DNA of 63,871 bases, counting the filler, from Squatina squatina (taxonomy: Eukaryota): NCBI GenBank assembly GCA_031763465.1. It is 4 parts of 4 records of this genome, joined end to end, with 100 filler letters (N's around TTAATTAATTAA, not from the genome) between each part and the next. Parts side by side here need not be neighbours in the genome. Positions count along the whole stretch, not along the records: positions 34,536 to 47,340 come from JARFOE010000162.1; positions 47,441 to 63,871 come from JARFOE010000234.1; 2 more parts are not named here. The stretch is one strand, 5' to 3'. Shown here piece by piece: positions 37,803-50,700 of the stretch. Positions within the stretch are counted from its first letter, which is position 1. The number at the start of each line of letters is the position of its first letter. The notes below the pieces were generated by a model. That model saw only the letters and a list, made by a program, of their open reading frames with translations, ran no database searches and was not told where the DNA came from. The position numbers and the translations under genes were made by a program.

Positions 37803-38823
37803 ATCAGAATTCCCATTAGGATTTGAAAGTGTTGGATGTCAAGAGACTTGACGAGGTCGGAAAAGTTAAACCCTTCTTCTCAAAATGAGAGTCACAATCT
37901 TGTGGGGGAATTTAGAACTAGGGGGCATAGTCTCAGAATAAGGGGTTGGCCATTCAAAGTGGAGATGAGGAGGAATTTCTCCTCTTAGAGGGTTGGTAAT
38001 CGTTGGAATTCTTTACCCCAGAGAGCTGTGGAGGCTGAGACATTGAATATATTCAAGGTTGAGATCGACAGATTTTTGAGCAACAGAGGAGTCAAAGGTT
38101 ATGGGGGACTGGCAGAAAAGTGGAGTTGAGGTCAGAATCAGATCAGCCATGATCACATTGAATGGCGGAACAGGTTCGAGGGGCCGAATGGCCGACTCCT
38201 GTTCCTTTTTCTTGTGTTGTTATTAACCTTCTGACTCAGAAGGCGAGAGTGGTACCCACTGAGGCATGTCCGAAAGCGACTTATTGTAAAAGAGAGAGAA
38301 AGAAACAAATAAAGGCTTAAAAAATAACCTCGGCACAAAGTGTTAAATTGGAAAAGAAGTTGAGTGCCAGCAGTCGAAGTGGAATGAGCAGTGGGAGCTT
38401 TGCTGTGTAGCCGGGTAGATTGTTTGCTGATTAGGTAAGCAGCAGGCTGCTGTAATTACTGGTAGAAAATATGACTCATGAGCTCTGCATGCCCGCCTCT
38501 CTGGCTGACTGACTGGCACAGGCCTTGCAATCAGTGTGATGGATTGGCCTTTACTTCTCAGTGTTTCTCTGATTCTTTTTATAGGGTGGAGCACTGAACC
38601 AGGAGAAACTGCAGCCCCAGGGGCCCTGGATGTAACCCCCCTCCCCGCGCCTCCTCCCTACCCCCTCCACACCCCACCCCACCACACACACAACCATTCA
38701 GCCTTTTCAAGGCAAGCCATAGCTTCGTAATCAGGATTCCCATTAGGATTTGAAAGTGTTGGGTGTCAAGAGGCTTGACGAGGTCGGAAAAGCTAAACCC
38801 TTCTTCTCAAAATGACAGCCACA
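37803..38823 (+). repeat. 94-bp direct repeat pair (37803-37896 and 38730-38823)
   Basis: ATCAG(A/G)ATTCCCATTAGGATTTGAAAGTGTTGG...CCCTTCTTCTCAAAATGA; six mismatches by eye, offset 927 bp, no gap between the copies. Confidence 0.85.
37914..38215 (+). mobile_element. CR1 3' end
   Basis: RTRGHSLRIRG...RRNFLS.RVGNRWNSLPQRAVEA, followed by the tail GGCTCGAGGGGCCGAATGGCC-type hairpin region. Confidence 0.9.
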
Positions 38824-38839
38824 GCATTGGGAACGAAGT

Positions 38840-39082
38840 GGGAATTTGGGATGCTCACGCCAACCACTTCGAGTTTCTCCGGCGGGAGCACGTGGAGGCC
38901 AAGCACAGGCAGCGGAAGGAGCGCGCGGAAACCCGAGCATCCCGCCCATTCACCCCATCAAACACCACCTGCCCCACCTTTGGTAGAATTTGTAGATCCT
39001 GTATTGGACTATTGAGTCACCTCAAAACCCACAACTCCGGAGTGGAAGCAAGTCATCCTTGACCCCGAGGGACGGCCCAAGC
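38840..39082 (+). mobile_element. RTE-clade LINE 3' end
   Basis: C-terminal zinc finger TCPTFGRICRSCIGLLSHLKTH and tail GGAGTGGAAGCAAGTCATCCT. Confidence 0.82.
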
Positions 39083-39142
39083 AGACTGTAAATTAGCACA
39101 AAGTAACACGTATATGTTCAGATGTTGAAATCAATACATATA

Positions 39143-39900
39143 TAGCACCCTCGTCCTGGAGTCAGAAGGTTGTGGGTTCAAGTCCCACCCCAGACACTTG
39201 ATCACTTAATCTAGGTTGATACACCTGTGCTAGTACTGAGGGAGTGCTGCACTGTCGGAGGTGCCACCTTTCAGATGAGACATTGAACCGAGGCCCCGTC
39301 TGCCCTTTCAGGTGGACGTGGAAATCCCCACACCGCAATTATGAAGAAGAGTTGCCGTGGCTTACAATTCTCCGTTAACTAACATCAATAAAAACAGATT
39401 ATCTGGTCATTTATCTCATTACTGTTTGTGGGAGCTTGCTGTGCGCAAATTGGCTGCGGCCTTATCGAATCATACAGCACAGAAGGAGGCCATTCAGCCC
39501 ATCATGCCTCTTTGAAGGAGCTATCCAAGTTTTCCCCTTCAATCATTTATCCAATTCCCCTTTTGAAAGTTACTATTGAATCTGCTTCCACTGCCCTTTC
39601 AGGCAGCACGTTCCAGATCACNNNNNNNNNNNNNNNNNNNNNNNNNNNNNNNNNNNNNNNNNNNNNNNNNNNNNNNNNNNNNNNNNNNNNNNNNNNNNNN
39701 NNNNNNNNNNNNNNNNNNNNNCGCTGTTTAAAAAGAAAATCCTCCTCATCTCCCCTCTGGTTCTTTTGCCAATTATCTTAAACATTTTTGCTACATTACA
39801 ACAGTGACTACACTGCAGAAGGTAATTAATTGGCTGTGAAGCACTTTGGGACATCCTGAGCTTGTGAAAGAGCACTGTGTAAATGCGAGTTCTTTCTTTC
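39143..39900 (+). mobile_element. SacSINE1-like DeuSINE interrupted by an antisense CR1 3' fragment
   Basis: SINE head and body at 39143-39460, CR1 tail on the minus strand at about 39465-39785 spanning a gap, SINE tail at 39787-39900. Confidence 0.78.
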
Positions 39901-42130
39901 GATATAATGGCCATTTATCTTTGGGTCTTGTACCTGCCGCCTGTGCCAAAAGTTTCAACACACATCAGGTAAAAGAAAACCACTCGCTAACATCTGGTGC
40001 TGTGTGGCTCTTGTACGACTCGCTGCCAAGTGCTGCGTAGGCAGTTCTGTAATACAGTAAGCTGGACCAATTGTATGCCCGCTGGCAGTTGAGCTGAGCT
40101 GGCACACATCTTTCTAGCGTCCCAGGGCTAATGTACAGAGGGAAACGGAGGTTGGATTGGAACCAGGATCTGCCGTAACTCGATCAGTGACTGCCAGCGT
40201 AACTGCTAACCACATCCATCCATCCCACCTGCCAACCACACCACGCCAAATATTTGTTTAAACAGTTGAAAAAATGAATGGTGTTGATCCTGATTTTGGT
40301 AAGTGTTTAATATATTTTAATACAGTAATACTTTTTGCTTACCTATACAAACATGGCTGCTGACTAAGGTTACAGGGGTTCAAAAACAATAGCACCGCTC
40401 AGCAGCGATACTTGTTGGCCAGAGCCTGCTGCTGCTGCTGTTTTAGCTGCTATCATTGTGTGGNNNNNNNNNNNNNNNNNNNNNNNNNNNNNNNNNNNNN
40501 NNNNNNNNNNNNNNNNNNNNNNNNNNNNNNNNNNNNNNNNNNNNNNNNNNNNNNNNNNNNNNNCTGTGTAGTCCTTGTATTTTCATAAGTATTTCTATGT
40601 CACCGTTATGTGAAGGAATGAAAAAATATAAACGGAAATACTGAAAAGTAGCTTTATTTTAATAAAAAATATTGATGCTTCCTGGTATGTGGAAATGGGT
40701 AGGAAACATCAAAAATACTTGCTGACAGAAAGGCCTCTTAAACAGAGGCTGTCAGACGCTTTTCAACATCCCCACAAATTGGGAACTCACTTCAGAGCCA
40801 CAGAGGAGTCCTGCAGTAGGCTGAGAGAGGTTTTTAAAATTTTAAAGTGAGGGTTGCCTTATTTAGCAAATATTTCACCATGGGGAGAATTTGGCAGATG
40901 ACCCTCGACAGATATGTGTCGTCTTGTCATTTTGCTCCAAATCTCTCTCTCCTCTCCTCTGCTGAAGTTGTTGGCTCATGTTAGGATGCGGTTGCACTGG
41001 GGCTAGCCCTGGTAACCCACCTACATCACACTGCTTCGTGTAAGGGTTGACTGTCAGCTGGATACGTGGGGGGCACCCGCGTGGAGCCTGGTATTNNNNN
41101 NNNNNGGGATTGGCACACAAACATACACTCGAGGCACACACAGAAACACATGCAGGCTCTACACAAACAAACACAGACACACGTGTAGCATGCACACAAA
41201 CCTTAATGTATACCTTAATGGGACAATTCTCGATCTCCAGCCATTTTTCTTCATCGATTGCAGGAGAGGCTTAAGGGGCAGCCAGTAGCTCTTTAAAAGC
41301 TGCTGGCGCTGAATAAGCCATCCCTCTGAGCCTGGACGGCCCCAATATGTCATGCTATGAGCTCCGGGAGTGACAAAAATTTATTCAGAGATCAGCGGTG
41401 AGTGCCACTCGTGAAGAGCAACCAAAAAAGCAGCATCAACTATGTCAATGTGGCAGAGGGACGTGAGGCTTTTTGCTGAACTGAGGGAGGACTAATTTCC
41501 CTTCCAAATTCACGGGCCATGCACGGCAGACGGAAATTTTGGCCAAATGGCTGTCGGCAACAACTCAAAGTTCACCGGACTGATTCCTGGGATGGCAGGA
41601 TTGTCGTATGAGGAGNNNNNNNNNNNNNNNNNNNNNNNNNNNNNNNNNNNNNNNNNNNNNNNNNNNNNNNNNNNNNNNNNNNNNNNNNNNNNNNNNNNNN
41701 NNNNNNNNNNNNNNNAGAACTCTTGCTCAAGCAGGCCATGCACATCAGGGGCGAAGGTCTCTGCTCCAGTCTTGGGTTAGTGCCCATTACCAATTGAGGG
41801 CCACTGCAGATGGAAGTTGAAGATTTCTGTTGGCTCCAAACTGGAGCTAAACTATTTGTCAGGTTTTTATTTTAGGGGGGAGCAAGATTTAAAGGCCGCT
41901 TAAAACCTGTTTCTAGTCATCGCAGCTTCATCAGCTCCCCTCATCTCATTCAGCTCATTGTCTGCCCTTACCGTGGAGTTCAGATAATGAGGGTGCTGCA
42001 CCATTTACACAATAAGCATTGTTGCTTGAGTAGGCAGAGATCTGAAAGACAGAACCCAGAACAGACTGGGTTAACCACCGGATAAAAACCGCAGAGTATG
42101 GCAGACACTGCCTGGTGTTCCTGGGGAGGT

Positions 42131-42493
42131 AGAAAGAAAAACTTGCTTTTATACAGCATCTTTCATGACCTCAGGATTGCCCAACGTGCTTTTTGATGTG
42201 TAGTCACTGTTGTAATGTTAGGAGATGCAGCAACAAATTTGTGCACAGCAAGCTCCCACAAACAGCAACTTGATAATCGGTGTTAGTGATGTTGGTTCAG
42301 GAACTCCCCTACTCTTCCTCAATATGGTGCTTTGGTTTAACCTCTCATTCGAGAGCTGGTACCTCCGACATCTCCCTCGGTGCTGCAATGGGAGCGTCGG
42401 CCTGGATCCCGTCCTCAGGTCTCTGGAGCGGGGCTTGAACCCACAACCCTGCGGCTCAGAGGCGAGAGTGCTGCCCAACGAGCCACAGCTGAC
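42131..42493 (-). mobile_element. SacSINE1-like DeuSINE with deletions
   Basis: Head, Deu-domain pieces and tail are recognisable on the minus strand. Confidence 0.82.
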
Positions 42494-44129
42494 ATCTTGG
42501 AAGAGCGAAGGCAGCTTGCTGGGCCGTAGGGTTAGAGGGACTAGAGCAGTGGGGCAAATGGAGGCCATCAAAACACTGAAAGACAAAAGAGGAGGATTTG
42601 GAAATCAATGCTTTGGTGTGGTCAGAGAGTCTGTAGAGATGAAGACAATCTATTGTACAGTAATGGGTGATGTCACCATCCTTCTCCTCATTCTAACCAA
42701 GCGGTTCAGTGATTATCACCCACTCGAGAGCTCAGATCCTTCATAAATCTTGGCCTTGCTTCGCTAATTAACTTTTATAGATTTTTTTTATATGTTTAAA
42801 CACCATTTTTGACACCTACTACCTCATTCTCCCGCCGCCGTCCCCCCCCCCACCGCCCCNNNNNNNNNNNNNNNNNNNNNNNNNNNNNNNNNNNNNNNNN
42901 NNNNNNNNNNNNNNNNNNNNNNNNNNNNNNNNNNNNNNNNNNNNNNNNNNNNNNNNNNNGGGGGAGTGGGACGAATTGGATAGCTGTACCAAAGAGCCGG
43001 CACAGGTACGATGGGCCGAATGGCTTCCTTCTGTGCTGTATGAGGCTGTGATTAATTCTTCCCTTCACTTTGTCACCGCCATCCGCCTTCCTTCAACTCA
43101 ATGTATTCTCTTTCCTTCTACCCTTCCCTGTCTTGCTTTCCCTTCCTCTCTCCCTCCTTCTGCCACTGTCTCTTCCCCCGCCCCCCGTTTCCTCTTTTCT
43201 CTGTCACACATGCACAAATATACTTGCTTCTCTGTAATAAGAAATGACAAATGAGCGTGAAAAAGGCAAAGTGCTAACAGGCTACCCTTGGCCCTTGACT
43301 ACTGGGAAAGGAATTGACCTCAGATTCAACTTCATTGAGGCAATCATGGAGCATCTTATTATTTTGAAGTACGGAGAGATGACGCAAGAGAAGTTGCCAA
43401 GGCCAACAGAAAAGGCTGATGTAGCTAAAAAGAAAATATGCAACGGAAAAGACAATTTACAAAATAAATTCAGGAGTTGTTTGACAGGCATACAAAATGT
43501 TTGGCACACCAAGTAATGGGAGCACCCAAAGGAGCCAAAATGTCTACTGTTGGACAATGCAATGGAAACCAAGCACAGACATAATTCTCTGCAATAAATA
43601 TAAAAAGGAGGTAAACCAAGAAATTTGACACTTAGGAAAAATAAATGTTAAGAATTAAATTAACTAGAGCTAAGTTAGATATGTGTTAGATACAATTAAC
43701 AAGGATTCACTTACTGGACTGGATTAATAGGCTATTGTATCTTGGCTGCTTTATTTTAGCAAAGTTAATTCATCATGTTTAATCTGTACAGTACCAGGAG
43801 ACTATTGAAAATCAGGAATAGTTCAAGCACCAAAAAGGATGAAAAATCGCTCAGGAATTTGGATAATTGGGGACAGATCACATTCAGATCTATACTGTTA
43901 GTAACATTAACTAAATTACTTGCAAAAAAAGTGTCTAAATCAATCACATTTAAACAAGAAGCAGAAGGTACTTCTTGATGATCCTGGATGCAGCAGCAAC
44001 ATAATTACACTGGAAAAATGATCTTCAGGGCCAAAATGTATTTGTTTTCAAGGATCTGACTAAAGCCTTTAGTTGCGTCAAGCACAGACTCAACAACTTG
44101 CAGTTATATACAGCCTTTTTAATGCAGAA

Positions 44130-44470
44130 AATCATCCAAAAACACGTCAGAGCTGTAATCAAAAAGATGAACGCCAAGCCAAAGAAGGAGATATTAGGAG
44201 GGTTGAACAAATGGGCTTTAGGAGGAGAGGGAGGCAGAGAAACGGAGGGACTGGTGCGGGGAATTCCAGAGCATAAGCCTTAGGCACTTGATGGCAGAGC
44301 CAACAATGATGGGGCAAAGGTGGGAGGGGATGCACCAGAGGCAAGAGGGACAGCAAGTTCAGAGGGGGAGTTGAAGGGCTGGAGAGATAGGGAGGGGTGA
44401 GGTCATAAAAAGGGATTTAAACACAAGGATGAGAATTTTAAATTGGAAATTTCAGTGACCAGGAGCCAAC
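44130..44470 (-). mobile_element. L2 LINE 3' end, degenerate
   Basis: The reverse complement aligns with 31866-32200 (FKILILVFKS, LWNSP). Confidence 0.75.
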
Positions 44471-45097
44471 TNNNNNNNNNNNNNNNNNNNNNNNNNNNNN
44501 NNNNNNNNNNNNNNNNNNNNNNNNNNNNNNNNNNNNNNNNNNNNNNNNNNNNNNNNNNNNNNNNNNNNNNNATAATTCACAAAAATGTTGGCTGGGACAC
44601 ACTGGTTTACAGCCTACCCAATATCATAGGTTGGACTACTTTCTGTGCTCCACTGTAATTTCTATTTACCCTGAACATTTGCATGATACAAAAGTTAAAA
44701 TAATGAACAATACAGTGTTAGTCCTACAATGACTTAATGCAATATTTCCAGGCTAACAAATACTGAAACAGAATGTGAACTGTTTCTCAGACCACACACT
44801 GGTATAAATCCTCATTTCCTAACTCCATTTTGCTTGGAGGAAAACTGAAGCCATTATCAATTTATCTGCGGTGGTTTGCATGTACAATGCAAAGCAACAG
44901 AATTAAAAATAATTAAATATCCAGTGTATTTATTCTTAGATACTGTTCATAAAAAAGTATAATAGCCAGGGATTTAGGAAATATTTTCCCCTGAGATCAT
45001 TTTGATGTCTGTTATGCTGTTCCATTTTCTCATATAGGATACCAAAGTCCAGACGCCACCTTTGAAGCACAAAAGCTAACCACAGCTCTTCAACAGT

Positions 45098-45551
45098 AGA
45101 AGAAAGACTTGCATTTATATAGCACCTTTCACAACCAGGAGACATCCCAAAGCACTTTACAGCAATGAAGTACTTTTGAAGTGCAGTCACTGTTGTAATG
45201 TGGCAGACAATTTGCACACAGCAACTCCCACAAACAGCAATGTGATAACGACCAGATAATTTGTTTTAGTGATATTGATTGAGGGACAAATATTGGCCAG
45301 GACACTGGGGATAACTCCCCTGCTCTTCTTTGAAATAGTGCCATGGGATCTTTTATGTCCACCTGAGAGAGCAGGCAGGGCCTCGGTTTAACATCTCATC
45401 TGAAAGACGGCACCTCCGACAGTGCAGCACTCCCTCAGTACTGCACTGGGAGTATCAGCCTAGATTTTTGTGCTCAAGTCTCCAGAGTGGGACTTGACAG
45501 CCACAACCTTGTGGCTCAGAAGCAAGGGTGCTACCCAGTGAGCCATGGCTG
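45098..45551 (-). mobile_element. Full-length SacSINE1-like DeuSINE
   Basis: tRNA-derived head (A box TGGCTCACTGG, B-box-like GCTGTCAAGTCC), Deu domain GTACTGAGGGAGTGCTGCACTGTCGGAGGTGCCGTCTTTCAGATGAG and L2-like tail GAAAGGTGCTATATAAATGCAAGTCTTTC. Confidence 0.88.
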
Positions 45552-45852
45552 CTCCGAACTCTGTAATAACCGTATAACAGGGCTGTACTATCCCTGGCCT
45601 GTACCAATCCCACACCAGTCATTTACTAGCCCTAGCCTGGGAGTGCTCAATACTGACACAGGAGCAGAGCTAAAATAAAATAAAATGGAGAAGCATTGTA
45701 CTGATCCCTCACCTCAGTGAACACGTATAAAGTCACATAAATACTTAAAGATTTGAAAAGGAAAGGAAAAGAGGAAAAGAAATGCATACAATCTAAAACA
45801 CAAATTTTGGTAACTGAGGGATGAAGAGATATGTTTCTCAACTACATACAAA

Positions 45853-46125
45853 GGGGGAGCTAGTGGGTTAGTACACTGTGCCTTCACCACTGGGACCCGA
45901 GTTTGAATCCAGCACAGATGGATGGGAGGAAAATAATCTCTTTGTTGATGTATGTTGACATAGGTCCTCTGTGAACTGGATTAAGGACAATCTCAATATT
46001 GTGCCCAAGGGGTATGAGTCCACTGTACAAGACTCCCTATAATTCACAACTAATTGCCACTAAATTGGCACACTCACTCAGTGAGGTCATATGATGGCTG
46101 GTGTGAGGAATGGAGACTGTCACAC
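45853..46125 (+). mobile_element. tRNA-derived SINE resembling LF-SINE
   Basis: Ordered blocks GCCTTCACCACTGGGACCCGAGTTTGAATCCAGCACAG, GGTCCTCTGTGAACTG, GTCCAC, AATTGCCACTAAATTGGCAC and ATGGAGACTG parallel the LF-SINE consensus as I recall it. Confidence 0.55.
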
Positions 46126-47340
46126 TGATTCCACAGCAAGTTGCAGAATACTTTTGAGGGAGAGCAGAAATAGCTTAACTANNNNNNNNNNNNNNNNNNN
46201 NNNNNNNNNNNNNNNNNNNNNNNNNNNNNNNNNNNNNNNNNNNNNNNNNNNNNNNNNNNNNNNNNNNNNNNNNNNNNNNNNACCAAGTCTCCAATTCTGG
46301 TTCCTTCCCCCGGTTAACCCCTCTCAAATCGGCAGGAGACTCCTGGATGTGTTTCCCATTACGTATTGCATTCTAAAATGGTATTGAGGGATAAAGACAT
46401 AATTGTGAATCTCATGGACCGCAATGAGTAAAATCACAGACATGTGGAACCGATCTTGGTTTACAGTACAGCCTTAGAGAAACGGGAAATCTAATATTGT
46501 ACAATAAAAACCTCTTAAACAAAACATCCTTTGGTGAACCAAATGCCCCAGTTGACCAGTCGCTTCTATTAAGCAGACCCTGGCAGGATATGAGTGGACT
46601 GATTGAACCGCAGAGTGTATGGGGGCAATTTTAACTCTACCTGCAGTTCACATCCCCCCCCGTCACTCCTGGTCATTCACCTGCCCCAGAGCCTCCGTGG
46701 ATCTGGCCTGCTGAGACCTGCTCTCCAAGGCCAGAAGGTGTCCATTTTCGCATTGTGCGTGTCGGGTCATCGGAAGCAGGCTGTAGTAAAATGTGGTGCA
46801 CAGCAAGATTCCACAAATGGCAACGAGGAGGATAGCTGCCCTGTTATTAAAAGGGTGCCATTACATTTTTAACATCCACTGTTGAGGAACAAGGAATAAC
46901 ACAACACTCCCTCAAATTCTTTTACAAGTCATATGATACCAGATATCTGATGTTTGTGATCTTTTCCTGGAGCAGTATAGTTGTTGACATTGTTGCTGTT
47001 GTTGTTGGTGTAAGTGCACAGCAAGCTGTGTATGGGATATTTCAGTACAATCTTGCTGTTCCCGCAATTCTGGACACACAGGCATATTGGCAATGCCTGT
47101 GCTGATCTTCACGATCACTTGACCATCTACAAGGAATCCCGAACATACAGTTCGGGGGGAGAAATTCACATCATTTGTTCCTCCCATTAGCGTCCCTGGC
47201 AGGGGTGTGGCCAACAATTTCTCGCCCGGAGAGCCACTACCGCCTCCCGGAAAATTCCGCGGGAGTTAGCGGAGGCGTAAACCGGTGGTGTCGTGCACAG
47301 CAACCCGTCTTTGCCCCAGAGCGGGACTTCAGTAGCGCCC

Positions 47341-47440
47341 NNNNNNNNNNNNNNNNNNNNNNNNNNNNNNNNNNNNNNNNNNNNTTAATTAATTAANNNN
47401 NNNNNNNNNNNNNNNNNNNNNNNNNNNNNNNNNNNNNNNN
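47341..47440. other. Artificial scaffold-joining spacer 3
   Basis: 44 N + TTAATTAATTAA (47385-47396) + 44 N. Confidence 0.95.
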
Positions 47441-49348
47441 TGCCCTACAAGACTTAGAAGAACCTCTGAAGAGCACCCCATTCTGCACCAGTGTGAGATT
47501 TTCTCCATTAAAAATGTTTCCTTATATCTCTGCACAATGTCCACATGTCAGTCTTTTGAATTTTTCTTCAAATGCCCTTTCAATATCAGTATTGAGGATG
47601 ATCAACATTTGCCCTCCAGAACATTGCAGTTTTCTTGATACATTTTTCAATACTCTTGGCCTGAATTTTCAGCAAGCAGTTGTGGTTTAGCATCAGTGGT
47701 ATGCAGAGAAAGGCAAATCTGTTCAAGCAGTAATGAGTAAAATATCTTTGGTGAGTTCCAGCCCCCCAGCTATGAATATCTTTTCAAAGCACAGCTGGAG
47801 TCTTGTCGTTCTGAGGCAGTCATGTGCTCAAAAAATGTTGCTTATCAGCAAGGATGCTGAGTTTTGGATGAAAATGTTTTCCTTAAATTCTTGATGTTTA
47901 TGGTAGCAAACAGGAGCTGAATCATCTGGGTTTTTTTTATTCACTGATTTGGCTCTTGCTCCTGACTCTAAACAAACAAGTCAGACTGGATAAAGAAAAG
48001 GATAACTGAACCGTGGAATCTCATGGAGAAGTCTGGTTACATTGCAAACACGTGACTGTCATTTGCAGAATCAATTGATGGCTTTGTCTGGCACATGAAC
48101 AATCAATTTAAAATAAGTCAATGATATGTGATGAAGAGTGACTGTGCACAAAAAAAAAAGTATATGAAGAGAAGCCCTATTGGGAGGACTCAGAAAGGAA
48201 GTACAATTTTTCAACTTCCACTGGCATTATGTTGAGTAAAAGTAGCCTAAAAATACATGCTCCCCGCACCAGGAAGCAANNNNNNNNNNNNNNNNNNNNN
48301 NNNNNNNNNNNNNNNNNNNNNNNNNNNNNNNNNNNNNNNNNNNNNNNNNNNNNNNNNNNNNNNNNNNNNNNNNNNNNNNGTGTCAGTCTAGATTTTTGTG
48401 CTCAAGTCTCTGGAGTAGGACTTTGATATAGCATTCTGACTCTGAGGTGACTAAGGAACTGATTGTTCTCCATGTTTGTTAACACCTCGACACCAAGAAG
48501 AGAGAGCTACCTCACTTATAACACACAGCAGAATATATTATTCCATATATGAAAACTTGGTGATTTCTTGTTGGTTTTTCCTCCTTTTTTACTGTCAAGA
48601 AAGTTGTAGCATACTCTTGCAATGCCATCAGGTCATTCCACAAGCAGTGATATTGAGATTTATTTCACAGCATGACTTGGAAAAACCTGTTGTTCGTGCA
48701 CTCCAAGTAATGTTCATTATTTTAAAGTGCACAAAACTGCTGAAAACTGAAATAGCAGAAAAGATTGGACAGACAGACAAGATGAAACTCTGGGCCACTG
48801 AAGGGTTCGGAGCCTTTCTTTAACTGGCACATTTGAACCTCCCAGCTGACAGATCATATTCCCAGATCAGAATGTGCTCCATGTCTCTGATTTTATATTT
48901 CATAGTTCATATCATTACTTAAACCTGAAATTAGTCTGATTTTACTTCTCTCATGAGCAATTTTGTTTGCTCCAGACACCAAATTTTGCCAACTTTATCT
49001 CTTCAAAAGCTGCCAATTTTCACAAATTGAAAGCTCATTTATTCTCTCAGGATAGCAGTTGTTCTCAGAAATTTCACGGGGTGTCTGCTCTGTTAAATAA
49101 CCTCAACTCTTTTGTCCCAAAAATTGTTTTATGCAAATTGATGGAAACATTCCTGTGCCTTTTGGTTATTACTAACAAAATGTTTCTGTCAGTGAAGCTG
49201 AAACACTGATTAAATGGATTCAGAAAAGTAATGATGTGGACAATGATCGCATTTCATGTGTGGCTGAAGTTGTTAAGTACAGAGTATTTTTAGTTTTGCC
49301 TTTCCTTCAACCTGAACAATCAAATGTTAAAGAAGTGTGCATCTGGGA

Positions 49349-49533
49349 TAAAAACAGAAAATGCTGGAAATACTCAGCAGGTCAGGCAGTGTCATCTGAA
49401 CTGATGAAAGGGTCGTCGACCTGAAACGTTAACTCTGTTTCTCTCTCCACAGATGCTTCCTGACCTGCTGAGTGTTTCCACCATTTTTTTATCATTTATT
49501 TCAAATTTCCACCATCTGAAGTATTTTGCTTTT
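49349..49533. mobile_element. Palindromic Penelope-terminal-repeat-derived element
   Basis: Inverted arms AAAATGCTGGAAATACTCAGCAGGTCAGG and CCTGACCTGCTGAGTGTTTCCACCATTTT surround CTGATGA...GGTC gtc GACC...GAAACGTTAACT. Degenerate relatives lie at about 11010-11105 (-), 27320-27400 (+) and 56578-56617 (-). Confidence 0.7.
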
Positions 49534-50390
49534 GTGTATCTGGGACTCTGGCTCAAGTGTCACCCTTTGTGGGATTGTGGTGTCTTATTTGCTTTTTTTT
49601 TTGCTCAAATATNNNNNNNNNNNNNNNNNNNNNNNNNNNNNNNNNNNNNNNNNNNNNNNNNNNNNNNNNNNNNNNNNNNNNNNNNNNNNNNNNNNNNNNN
49701 NNNNNNNNNNNNATGGCTTCCATATCCTCCACAGCAGTGGACTTCATCTGACGTGACACTCATCTTTTCACACGCTGAGTAAATAGTTCGACTCTGGCAC
49801 AAAAGCAGCCATGCTGTTCTCTGGCTCGCTGTGAAACAGTGACCCAGATTAAAGGGAGTACATTGAACCCTGCCAGACAATCGTTAAATTGACTGGAAAG
49901 ACATATTGGGCATATAATGAGAGGTATTGTAGTGTGGTGTTGATAGCAGTGAAAATCTGGAAACCATCTTCTAACTCCTGTGAGAATATCACTGATATAT
50001 TGGCCCATTTGTTGTTACATGGCCAATAAAAAAGCACTACAGTTAGGAAACCAATTTTTAAAAATTGTCACCTCTATAAGAAATTGCTTTTATTATTGTC
50101 AGACGTAGAGTCTCCCATTTGGTTTCAGTAGGCTCCAGTTAGCTTGTCTTGCCGGTGATACCCTGGAGTCATTCGCAAAATAAAATTTGTAATGTAAGTC
50201 CTGACCGTGCTTTAACCTCTGTTTATTATCAGTGCATGGAGTTCATACCAGTAAAACCCACAAGAGATACTTCCATTCTCTTATGATGCAGACAGACCCA
50301 TTCGAAAATTTCTTTATGCTGCAACTAGTTATAATTTTCATAAAAATTGAGCAAGTGTACGATAAAAAACTTTAAGTAGAAAAACATAAT

Positions 50391-50700
50391 GGGCCCAGTC
50401 TTGCTGGAGCGGGGCATACGCCGTGAATTAGACATTTCCCTGTACCTTTCAGCTCTAAAGTTTTTTTTAGCGTAACTTACTGGAAGTGCGAGTTGATAAC
50501 AGTATGACCAGGGCAACAGAGCATCTGGGACATTAGTGAATGGTGGGACCAACAGTAACCATTGAGATTTAAGCATTGAGAAAGAAACAGAGGAATGATG
50601 AAGAAGGAGGGTGAATTAGAGTCAAATCAGATACAGAAAGAGAAATAAAATGAGGGGAAGAAAGATTGGATTAAAACAGAGAAAAAAGGAAAAGGGAGGA
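50391..50700 (+). mobile_element. Non-autonomous DNA transposon-like family (possibly Harbinger)
   Basis: Aligns with the reverse complement of 59920-60196 (terminus GGGCC..TCTTGCTGGAG, flanked by AAT/ATT). Related segments at about 24177-24700 and 61602-61950. Confidence 0.5.

Noticed and set aside
43240-44045. Possible very old CR1 reverse transcriptase remnant
   Set aside because: Only faint motif similarity by eye; needs a profile search.
46912-47217. Poly-Gln ORF
   Set aside because: A short (TGT)n run with no convincing splice signals or recognisable homology.
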